Part shown: positions 23,843 through 34,878 of the stretch, piece after piece
Numbering within the stretch: position 1 is the stretch's first letter
How the letters are laid out: each line of letters begins with the position of its first letter
From: Amphiscolops sp. MND2022
Lineage: Eukaryota
NCBI GenBank assembly: GCA_964187785.1
Contig: OZ076409.1
Coordinates: 11,720,001-11,784,000, forward strand
Direction of reading: 5' to 3'
DNA length: 64,000 bases
The notes under the pieces: model-generated
Database searches by the model: none
What the model saw: the letters and a program-made list of their open reading frames with translations, nothing else
Told to the model about the DNA's origin: nothing
Program-made: the position numbers and the translations under genes

Positions 23843-24653
23843 CTGATTCGCCCCAAAACAGCAGAAATTCACTTTTCGGAAATGAAAAAAGCGCGGGAAA
23901 AATTCTTTGACTTTTGCACGCGGTTTGACTTTCTATAGAGTCTCTTATTTCACGGTTTTTTCATTTGATAGTTTCAGTTCTTGCCAAGCCCGAATTACGC
24001 ACCCGCTAAAAAGTTTTCTGACAACCATGTCACGTAGGAAAAAAAATCAAACTGATTTGTATCGGAGAAAGCAAAGTGACAACTAAATTTGCGAATGATT
24101 AATTCAATGTCGTGTGCTTTTGAACTTTTCAGTTTTGTTCAATCCAGTAGGAATTTGAACAAAAAACTATTCAAACTAGTAAGATTTGCCAGGTGCTTCA
24201 GAAAACCGGGAGAAGATAACGCTTTTAAGTTTTGAAATCACTCCTAAAATCTTCTGTGAAATGTTTGTGAAACAGGTAAACTTACAGAAAAAATTAATGG
24301 AAAAATACGGGAAAAAGCACGATAATGAACATCAACCATCCAAATATTTCACTTCATAATTTGAAAAGTCTTCATTTTATGAGAAAGGAATTGTCCCAAG
24401 AAAAAAGCTATTTCCACCGCGAGATATAGATCCAATCATGAACTATGAAATTCATTCAAACAGTATCATTAAATTTTTCATTGAATACTTCCAATAAATA
24501 CTAATTTTCAAATGTGAAAATTGCTCTAAAAGTCGAATATAAAGCCACGTCATTCCTAATATGGCGAAATTCACTGTAAATATCGCTCGATTCTAATTGA
24601 AAAAATCAAGGAAAACCACGCGATTTTACGCCGTGATTTTTAAGGCCTGAAAA

Positions 24654-25046
24654 CTGAGTTTTGACACCGCTAATCAGCCATTTAGCGTAATTAGCGGCCG
24701 CACATAATTTTTAGCGATTCTATTAGCAATTCAAATTAGCGGCAATTACTAGATTGTCCAAATTTAAATCTTCCTCGGAAAATACACGGAATTTCAAAAT
24801 GAATTCCGAAAAATACCAACTTTTTCTGTGAAACCCATACAGTATGAAAAAATCTTTTTTTCTTGCAAAATTGAATGAAATTATCGTTTATACTCTTGTT
24901 TAACATTCTTGTTAAACAAAGATATCGTAAAACGTTCTTGAATTCAAACATTCAATAGTTTGTAGAAAAAATTTTTCAGCGAAATAGCGATTTTGAAAAT
25001 AGGTCGTTTACCTATTGTCGGAAAAAGTTAGCGAAGTGTCAAAATG
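24654..25046. mobile_element. Decayed hAT-like MITE (same family as 54514-55410 and 59715-60593)
   Basis: CTGAGTTTTGACACCGCTAA left end, TTAGCG subterminal repeats, degenerate TTAGCGAAGTGTCAAAA right end. Confidence 0.65.
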
Positions 25047-25051
25047 ATTTC

Positions 25052-25371
25052 GGTTCTTTTCTGTCCCCCACCACCAGTTTTTTTGGAATACTTGAATATT
25101 AAAAAAAACTTGAATACAAACCAGAAATGAAATTTGTTCACACTCTTTTTCTTTAGAAGTCACTCATTTTTAATTAGAAAATTAACAGATTCCTGTTTTC
25201 AGTCACAAAAAAACAGCTAATTCGAACATAATCAGTCAAAATGCGTGAAAAATGTTTTATTCAAACAAAAAACTATTCCAATAGACGTTAACTTCCTGTT
25301 ATGAAAAAAGGTTTCACTTTTAGTTATGCTAGTCAAAAATTTTGGTGGGGGGGGGGGGGCAGAAAAGAGCC
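25052..25371. mobile_element. MITE copy, 8-bp TSD (family of 19750-20172)
   Basis: TSD ATGATTTC at 25044-25051 and 25372-25379; TIR GG(T/C)TCTTTTCTG. Confidence 0.87.
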
Positions 25372-25414
25372 ATGATTTCTAATGTGTGAATTTTGGAGGG
25401 ATTTTCTGCCGTGC

Positions 25415-25643
25415 CTGATTTCGCCCCTGAGCTGGTCCAAGTCTCGCATGTACTTCTGATGCAACCTGTCTTTGGCGTATTCGATCATACGGCCCGTCTC
25501 GTTCTCGCAATGGAATCGGATGTCACTCACTTCGATGTCCCTCTGTGCCTGGTACGCCACAAATTGTTCCCTGATCTCCTGCACTTTCCGGTAGTGTTCC
25601 GCTGCGTATTTCACTACTTCGTTGGCTGTTGCGTTGAGATTGT
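25415..25643 (-). CDS. Coiled-coil protein gene, exon 3
   Basis: Acceptor TTCAG|AC, phase 1, matches exon 2 (G+AC=Asp). GC-richer helical coding DNLNATANEVVKY...LRGEI. The 3' boundary is inferred at a GC donor AG|GCACGG. Confidence 0.75.
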
Positions 25644-26817
25644 CTGAATCAAATTTAGTCACCAATTAAATGGGTTTTCCGCCCATGATATCACTTTTTG
25701 CCTACTGGCCGACCAAAAAAAGCAAGACACTTTACGACGATTTCTTTTCTTCTTTTCTGAAAAGTTAATTGACAACGGGTAGTTAGGAAATCAAATTTTT
25801 CAAGGTTGAATTTCAAATAATTTTACATTAATATCTGTAGTTGATGACGCTTTTCAAGAAAATAACTCTGATTTTTTGTTTCGTTTTGTAGCACTCGACT
25901 ATCAATTCGTTCAATCACTGCCCTTGTTGAGACTGCGGGAACTTTTTACATGCTGCAGGCCTGTATGCAGGGAATTTTTTATAAAACCTAGAAAATTCAG
26001 TAAGGTTCCGGTGGTAAATCTTTTGGCATTACACTGCATTTCCCACTGCTGCAATTAAATTTGAAAATAATGGCCGCTTCATCACCGACACGATCCCTGT
26101 ATATTCACATTTCGTTTTCTCAACTGCTCATCTGATGTGATCAGTGTCGAATACAACAGGGACATATTTTGCATGAATGTTTCCGTAAGAGTTTTGAAAA
26201 TTCATAATAACCGTTGCTGCCAACTAAATTGCATGCAAAAAGTTCAAGCAATTTCAACGAGGGAAATGAATGATGTTTCAAATTGATACCAGAGAATTTT
26301 TTTCTCAGAATTCAACTACCAAAAACAACAGGTTTGCAGCATAAAAATTTTCAGGTATAAAGAACGGAACGTTTCAAAAAATCGCAAAAGAAAAGAACCC
26401 ACGAAAATAGGCAATAAAAATGCCAAAAAGGTAAGATTTTTGTCAACATAACGTTCCAAAACTCAACGACACAACAAGAAACTATTTATCAGAGAGTGAG
26501 TAAGTTTTCCAAGATACAATAGAAGCAATTTGCTTCGGATTTTCTCTAGTTTACAATCCTCTGTTTTTGGAAGCCCTAAAACAAATATGAGACAAGCTTG
26601 CGAATCACACTTTCTTCATAATGAACTTTCGAAATTTAGTTGGAGAGTCTAAATTAGGAGCGGAAGCTGGTCATTATTAACTTTTTCATATTTTTGAAGG
26701 TCCCAATTGTTATACGGTGTAATACCGATACAGAATTATCCGGTTCATAAACTGTCAAACTGTCAATCAATCTGATTTCCTAAGGTGCGATAATGATTCT
26801 ATTTATGTTGGTACATA

Positions 26818-27486
26818 CAGTGGTGTGAAGAAAGAATGCAACTTAATTGCTCAGAATGCAAAAAATAATCTAATCTGATTGGTTCACAAAGCCTCGCTGC
26901 TCAAATCTCATTGGTCTAACGAGCCTCGATCGCTCGTAAAAATCAGAAACATCGGTATTTTCAATATTTTACCGTTTTTTGAGATAATATTTACCTGCAA
27001 ATTTTACCGAATAATTTCCCTGATTTTTCTCAATACCATGATCGTTTTTGTTTGTGGAAATCACCAAGATAACAAAAATGGGAGCACTTTTTTGTTCAGT
27101 AAAATTGGAAACACATGTATTAAGGTAGGAGTTGCAGACTTACACTTGGTAAAATTCCCACCAATATAAATTTTCCAAGTATATCCAGAAGCAAATTTCA
27201 TCTTCCTTTTCGAGCAATTTGAGTGTATCTGCAAAATTTATCAAAACATGTTTATTGGATCACTGATATTTTTTCAAACATTAGCAATTTTAGGTATTTT
27301 TTTCTCGAAATGACATGTTTCTAACTTCGTAAACATTGATAGTTGAAATTTCAAACAAAAATTCTTGCATTCAAGTCAAATATTCATGAAACTTTTGTTT
27401 GAACCCATCCGAATAGTTTTGGAGATATGAGACTGCAAAATTAGCCTTTTGGAGCAGCTAAGTCGCATTCTTCCTTCACACCACTG
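26818..27486. mobile_element. Tc1/mariner-type MITE
   Basis: ~28-bp TIR CAGTGGTGTGAAG(A/G)AAGAATGC(A/G)ACTTA with TA on both sides. Confidence 0.87.
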
Positions 27487-27619
27487 TATTTGTATACACT
27501 ATTGCAACATGAACATTATATTAGTTTGATAGAGAATCGTTGGTACTTATTTTTGAATAGAAGTCAGTTGAAACCAAATTGAAGGCTTTATAGAAACCTC
27601 ATATTTTTAGCGAACCTTC

Positions 27620-30600
27620 AAAAGGGAACCTGGCGGAGCAGACAATTCCTTTTATCTAGTAACATTTTTTTACCGAAACCAAGAAGATGACATAAGAAAC
27701 AAAAATCGAAGTACCAAACTTCGGAGCAATCAACGAAGGAAAGAAGTATTGTACACCGAAACAATCGCTTGAAAGATTTCGGCAAAAAACAAAGAGAAAA
27801 GACAAAATAGACAAAGCAGAAATGATACGGGGAGCCGCAATGACACAAACCGGTTCGCCGGAAAAGCAAACAGAAGTACAAGAAGACTTCATTCATGGCA
27901 TTGGCACAGAAGCATTGTATCAGATGACACGGGTTGAATACAAAACTGAACCGGACAAAATAGCGATCAAAAACTTGATAAACTTGATACGACTATTCAA
28001 CGAATACGTCTTACCGAAAACAAATGTGTACCACAACCGATGTGAATTCTTTTGTACAGAAAAGACTGAAACGGAAACCCCGGAGGACTTCTGGCGGAGA
28101 CTAACAGAAATTGAAAAAGATGCAACTTCGAAACTATAAAAGCCGAAGAACTACTCATCTCAAATTTTATGAACGCAATTACGGACAAAAAACTCGAGAC
28201 AAAATAATGAAAGAGAAAAACGCCAAAATGAAAGAAACGATCGAAATGATAAAACCAAAAAATACTTACGAAAAGAATAACAACAAAAACACAATACCGA
28301 AAGTACTGATATCCAACCAAGAAAAAAAGATAAAAGAAGAACCGATCCAAAAAGTGGATAATTTGCGACAAATCCGAAGAATAAATTCAATAACAGTAGA
28401 CCGTGTAAATTCTGCAGTGCACCGACTTGGAACCCAACACATAAATGTCCAACGCGCTGGAACAAACATGCAATAAATGCTGGAAAAAATGCCACTTCGC
28501 GAGAGCCTGCAAATCGGTAAACAAAACAGATGACAGATACAAAATGTAACCGAGAATGAGAACACAGCGATTGGAGAAGAAACCGACGTATCAGAATCCA
28601 GCTTCAGAATCCAAATAAACATAAAATACAATTACTAATTACCGGAAGAAATGACATAACGCCACCACTTAGAATAGACTGGCTTATGAAATTCAAGTTA
28701 GCAATTGGAAACATCCGAGTGGACCAGAACAGCCAATCAGAAAAGAGAACAGTAATCAGTTAAATCCCGGACCCATTCAAAAACAACTGAAACCAGTACA
28801 CCATCAGATAAAACAAGATACAGAACCGATACCACTACATCTCCATGAAGCAGTGGGAAAAGAATTAGAGAAACTGACAAAATAAGGACATGTGGAGACA
28901 ATAAAACAAGTAGATGAAGATTGTTTTGTTTCATCGGTAGTAGAAACCGTAAAAAAATGAGAAATTGGTACAAATTGCTTTAGACTCACGGAAACATAAC
29001 GACAGTTGTAATAAAATTCGACCGCTCATACCAAAGATGGGGGAACTTCTGTATCAAATTTTGGTAGAAATAACTAATGACCGATTAGGAGAACTCATGA
29101 TATCGAAAATAGATCTGGATCACCCATACGGCCAAATGAGATTATCAGAAGAAACAAGCCGACAATGCGTGTTTGCTATAACCGACATCCCCACTATATT
29201 ATTATTCCCCGAAAAAGTTGACCGAACATTAGAATATTGTACACCGGCATGACTGGATGATTTAATAGTGGAAACGCGAGGAACTAAAAAAAGAACACAA
29301 AAAGAAACAGTTCGATGTGCTGAGAAAACTAAAAAAGGCGGCTACCGAGCAAGCCAGAAAAAATCTCTATTCTTCCAAATAAAATTGAAATGGCTGAGAC
29401 ACGAAATCGACGCAAACGGAATAAAACCGAAAACTAAAAAAGTTAAAGCAATACTAGAAACATTCGAAAATCACAAACAGATGAAATTTTTCCTTGGAGC
29501 GATACGATAGCAAAAAGTTTACCAAGACTATCGGAACGAACCGACAAACTACGACAGATATTGAAGAAAAACACCGAACGGAAGTGGAGAGCGGACCAAG
29601 AGCGAGACTTCACAACTATAAAGGAAATGATTGCCGAAGAGCCGGGATTAGCACACTATGCAAAAGACAAAGAAAACATAGCAACCACCGATGCAAGCAA
29701 AACCGGCCTCGGGATAACATTGTGGTAAAAGCAATCGGACGGCGAAATGAAACCGATAGCATTCAGAAGATTTCTAAACGACACTGAAAAAAATATTCAA
29801 ACGGAGAACTAGAATTACTAGCAGTTGTTTGGGGATTAGAAAAAGTCCAATTTATCTATACCGAACGAAGGTATACTTAAACACCAGTCATCAAGCTCCT
29901 GAACAGCTAATTAAACGAAATAGATGCAACAAACAATACAGCGCAAAATCAGCTAGAAGGCTTGACCGGCTAGCACACGTCGATATTGCTATACAACATA
30001 TAGCCGGAAGCAACCTGAATTCTCAGCAGAAATCCGGTAGAGGGAGCTACGACCGAAAACGTATACGATGGACAATATGTGATAAATATTTTCAAAGAAC
30101 AAGTCGAATGAACTTGAACTACGGCAGCATCTTTGCAAGCGAATCACAAAACCAATCGAACAACGAACAATGTAAAGACACACTAGAACAAATCAATTAG
30201 CCAATCAGAAAACGACAGAGCAACCGAGAAAAACCGAAGCGTGAACAAACTGAATGAACAAACAAAAACCAGTCCGATTAACAACTTGCAAAATTCCAAA
30301 TGCGAACAATATCAAACAAGTGAATTACCATTACCGCATCATAAAGACAAAATGGACCGAAATTATTTCCATTGGGGTGCATCGGCCGAAATCATGTAAA
30401 TTATTCGAAATGAAAGAAAGATTCCCGAAACTTTACGGTTGGTGGAAAGAAGAATAGAAATCGCGAGACCCGGGACAAGGAGAAAGAGATGTGACCAGAA
30501 TGCACAGAGAACAATGTGGGTCCCGTCTAGGCTCAACAAAAGAAGCAGAGAAGACATCGCGGAAATCGACTGAGAGTTAATCAACCGGGCAAACAGACTG

Positions 30601-31230
30601 GGCTGAGGCTACCAACCGATAGCAGCAAATAGAACCGGAGCCCGAAGAACAAGTAGAAGATTTCTGAAAATGAGGGGGAAAGTCAAATTATCAGAGACAA
30701 AAATATACTGATTGTTGATTTACGGAAGGAACGAGGCACATTACGTGCAAATTAAAAATATAGTCGGGGCAGTAACCAAAGGAATGAAAACCGCGGAAAG
30801 CACAATCAAGAAAACCGAGATGGAAATTATGCTAGACTTGAAAACGAAAGCAGAACCATCTACCGACGCTGATCTGAATAAACTAAAACTAGCGAAAACA
30901 CGAAACAACCGCTATATGGCACCCGAAGGTTACAAGCAACAATTCAACAGCCTTTCAATGAAGTGAGGGTTGATATGCAACGACGACAGAACCATCGTCC
31001 CGAACGAACTGAGAAATAAACTTCTGGACACCCTGCATTACGAACATGCCGGAACAAAAAAATGGCAGAAGCTAAACTTTTCTGGTGGCCCAATATCACA
31101 CAAGAAGTCGCGGAAAAAAGAGAAAAATGCGTGGCCTGCATAGCATCCAGTACGGATCTAAAGTATCGAATACGTAAAAACAAAAAGCGAAAAATTAAAA
31201 ACACTAACCCAACCAGGACAAGAGACTTTT
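27620..31230 (+). mobile_element. Decayed Gypsy/Ty3 LTR retrotransposon internal region (gag-RT-RH-integrase Zn finger), 3' truncated
   Basis: Fragments EDFWRRL, CKFCSAPTWNPTHKC, IALDSRK, SKIDLDHPYGQM, xLDDL, TTDASKTGLG, ELLAVVWG, HIAG, LHYEHAG..WWPNI..CVAC; many frameshifts. Confidence 0.88.
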
Positions 31231-31739
31231 GCATTGAATTCAGTTGGTACCAAATCGAAGACTTTATAGATACCTCATCTTTTTATCGAATCTCCAAAAT
31301 AGAACACCAATCATTACCTAATTGCACTCGATTATTTTTGGTTCCCTAGAGTGTATATGTAAAACGATAATCACAATCCTATAAGTCTAAGACCTATACC
31401 CAATCCTAGTACATGTACCGGATCAATTTCAGTGGAGATTGTCGATTTTCGTCGCAGGTGTAAAGACTAAATGCCTAAAAGTTTGGCAGTGCAATCAGTG
31501 GACGTCTTGGTTTGCAAATCAAATATTAGATAGAGAGGTATTGAGAGCTACTTTCCCCAACATTTGTCAGAGAAGTTTCAATCAAACACGAATGTAAACT
31601 AGAATAAGTTTCGAGCAAATTTTATCAAAGGATTTCTCTTGAATATTAATTACTAAGTTCAAAGATATCCGCAGAAAAATTAGGTGTTCCAAACATTACT
31701 AGAGGTTCCATTCCATCCAAACAATTAGGGGTTCAATTT

Positions 31740-32270
31740 TTAGTCGGCGCTTTTCATAGAAGACGCAAACTATAGCAGTGACTTTTTTTAAGACCAACGA
31801 AATGACAGATTTCATAACCTTTATAAGCTGACTTGCTGCACTAGCACTAACTGCCACACTACATCTACTGGCACTTGGCATAGAGGTTAATTAGACTTTT
31901 TTGAGGTCTGACAAGCAAAAGGACGTGGGTTCGAGTCCCGCCTTTGACCAAAATTTTTCTGTGCTGCAGGTTATTTCGACTTTGTGAGACTTTTTTCGCA
32001 AATTTTTTTAATGTCTCCAAAATGTCCCCCTTGAATTTTTTTCTATTTTGCAAAATAATGGATGTTCAAAAACTCCCAAAGAGCCCCCGTTTTTCATTTT
32101 TTTGCACTATGCGACTTACCGGAGACCACAAAGAATTTCGAAAAAAACTTTGAGATTTTTTTGTTTTTTTCTAATGTGGGTACTGTAGAAAAGAATACTT
32201 GACACTTTGAAGTCCTTTTGTTTTTTTTGAGCCTTATATATGGCGCCGACTTGGGCCGTTCCCTGCTTGT
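31740..32270 (+). mobile_element. HINE copy carrying tRNA-like module (31905-31950)
   Basis: TTTTAGTCGGCGC ... GGCGCCGACTTGGGCCGTTCCCTGCTTGT. Confidence 0.88.
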
Positions 32271-32979
32271 TTTATCACAGTACTGTATAGGGATGGAGGT
32301 TATTGGCTACGCTCAACAATTAAAAGTATATTGTTACTAAAGTAATTCCGGGCGGAAATTTGCTCTGTGCCGCTACGCGCTTAACATAGTGCCATGCTCT
32401 TGGCAACTTCGGAAAACATGACACGTCCAATGCCATTTGACTGCTTCAATCGTAATGAAAGATTGCCTCCCGACCGAGAAAGTTCTTGTCCAAGATTACA
32501 ATATTGCCAAATGTCAGTTCAACTTCACACCAAATATCAGCTCAAAATTAATGTAAGGCTCTAGGTTGGAAAACAATATGGTACATGATAATTCATGAAA
32601 ACGTCAAAGGTAGAAAGAAAGGCTTGATGGGTCAATTGTTGCAGACTGAAAACTTTTAAGCGTGCACTCATGATTATCGAGCTTGCTTTCGGTCATTCCT
32701 TTCTGTCAACTGAAAGAGTTATTGGCTCAAAATAGAAGTATATTTTTGGTAACAACTAGACCCCATTATGAGCAAGAGCTCAAATGCAATCAGGGCTCAT
32801 GATGTCTAAAAAACTAAGCCATTGGGAAACAATCAGACTGTTGAAGAAAAAAGCAACAGAAACGTAATTCCACCTCAGTCTCATCATTTTTCAACAAATG
32901 TTTGTGACCCAAAATGACCTTTTCATGTTCACAGCATACTAGAACAATCTCTGGGTGGCAAATTTTGTAACAGAAGTTG

Positions 32980-33299
32980 GGATCTCTTTCACTATGTCCC
33001 CCCTATATCATTCGTTACACTATGTCCCCCTTAAAGAAAAAAATGTTTGTGGCTCATTTATATTCATCTCCTATTGGCTAATCTCTCATGCTATTCTGTC
33101 AATCATTTGATGTCGTCATAACTAACGACACTTTTTATTGGTTCTTATTATCAAAATCCCCACTCAGCCAATCAGAAGCGTTGTTAGATAAGAGCAGATC
33201 TGCGCTATTAGAATGTGCAATACATGTACTTAATAGCGTTTCACTATGTCCCCCTTTTTGCTGTAGGGGGGGGGGGGGGGGGTATAGTGAAAGAGATCC
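32980..33299. mobile_element. MITE, TIR GGATCTCTTTCACTAT, 8-bp TSD (Merlin-like)
   Basis: TSD AGAAGTTG at 32972-32979 and 33300-33307; internal CACTATGTCCCC repeats. Confidence 0.87.
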
Positions 33300-33478
33300 A
33301 GAAGTTGTTCACTGTTCGATATTCAGGCTCAGAAACACGAATTACGCAATAGCTCACTCACTAACTGTGCCAACATATTAATACACAACGAAATCGAACT
33401 TGTTCTCACTTAACTTTGTTGTGAGTTCAAGCTTTCCTTGAAGCGGCGCTAACAAGCTGGCGGCTGCACTGAACTGAA

Positions 33479-33894
33479 GGTGGTTTCCCAAATGACATAA
33501 ATGCAAATAACATAAAAATAAATTAATTCCCAGAAAACATAAAAGTACATTGAATTCCCATTTAACATAAAAATAAAATATTATTATAACGTCAGATATG
33601 TTCACATACCCCTAGTGCCCTAAATGCAGGAGCGAAGCGAAGCGGCCCTAAATGCCTCAATGTTGCTACTTGGCGAAGGGAGCGAAGCGACCGAGCCATA
33701 CAACAAATATGCAAACCTTTTCAAATAAATCAAGTTCCAACATATTGGCTGTAACAATGATTCAGCGCAAGCGACAAAATAACGCAATGTTGATTTTTAC
33801 TCTTCAACCAATCAGAAACGTTTAATTGTTTTATGTTTTCTGGGAATTAATTTCTTTTTATGTTATTTGCATTTATGTCATTTGGGACGTAATC
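33479..33894. mobile_element. Long-TIR MITE with 8-bp TSD
   Basis: ~60-bp inverted arms (CCCAAATGACATAAATGCAAATAACATAAAA...); TSD GAACTGAA at 33471-33478 and 33895-33902. Confidence 0.85.
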
Positions 33895-34646
33895 GAACTG
33901 AACATGCAAAATATGCCCATACAAAATGGCCAGACACATACTATACTGTATGTAATAAATGAATTGGACCTCTGATTGTAAAAATTGATTTGGACTCGAT
34001 AAAAGAAGAAATCTTCTGAGCAAAAAGTATTTTGGAAACCTGTAAGACTAAAAGTTCAAAAAATTTTAAGGTTGATTACTAACATTTTTGTTCTAAAATT
34101 CTGAGGTCAATAAACAAAAACTTAGAAAGTATGCGTTTTACTATTGATTTCGTTTTTAACTTATATTAGTTCAAATTTCGAAAGCCTTAGGAGTTGAAAA
34201 AAAATTCGTTTTAATCTTTCAGACGCTTTTTCTCGGAAAATTTAAGATTTCGAAAAGAAAATGAAACTTCAAATTAAACAATCCATTAGCAAAAATCAGT
34301 CTCAAAAAGCCTAAAATTCTAAACAACGTGAGCCTGGTCAGTTGTAGGGTTGCTCCTAGCTGGGTTTGGATGCATTGGGTTTGAGCATGTGGAGTAGAGT
34401 TTTTGCAGTCAAAAGCGCCCCACAGCAAAGCGCCTCGCTAATGTTCGAATAAAACTGTTCCGCCTCTAATTGAACGAAATTGCTTAACTTCAACATGATA
34501 ACTTCAACGAAAAGTTAATCTCTTGCTTTCGTAACCAGTAATTTCAGAGTTATATACTCTGGAATTCTTGTATACCGAAGCAAAAGAATTACGGGTGTTT
34601 TCGTCGAGGTATACCAGTTTTAAAAGCTTCTGCAGTTAAAACTCAC

Positions 34647-34878
34647 CTAAACCACTTTTCATGAGGAGGTCGAAGTTCATTTTGGGTCCGCTGATGAATG
34701 AGTCATCGTCGACGGTTGTTCCCAGTTTGGACTCCCCCGAGACGGGTGCCGGAGATGCCCCCACATAAACTTGTCTCGGCTGAATTCCGATGGATTTGGA
34801 AATTTCCGCACAAGCTCTGTTGATTTTAACCAAAATTTTCTTCTGCTCTTTTGTCCTTTTTGCCTCTATCTCGGCTAC
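34647..34878 (-). CDS. Coiled-coil protein gene, exon 2
   Basis: Acceptor TTCCAG|GTA phase 0; donor TTAG|GTGAGT phase 1; reads VAEIEAKRTKEQKK...LMKSGL. Confidence 0.85.

Larger units (their letters stand above)
20337..24120. repeat. Master copy of a diverged local segmental duplication whose second copy is spread over ~130-18100
   Basis: Collinear blocks: 130-240~20337-20435; 692-720+4790-4930~20477-20640; 5560-6110~20640-21080; 6170-6850~21795-22500; 7400-7830~22490-23080; 16725-17200~23090-23580; 17735-18100~23575-24120. Confidence 0.8.

Noticed and set aside
25008..25414. MITE inserted into a coding exon, changing the C-terminus (ORF 25333-25665 runs into the TIR)
   Set aside because: The sequence beyond the TSD is itself the end of a hAT-like MITE, and a phase-compatible GC donor plus downstream exon explains the gene better. 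RNA data are needed to exclude it fully.
31905..31950. Functional tRNA gene
   Set aside because: Only ~45 nt, with no D or anticodon arms, and embedded in a repeat.
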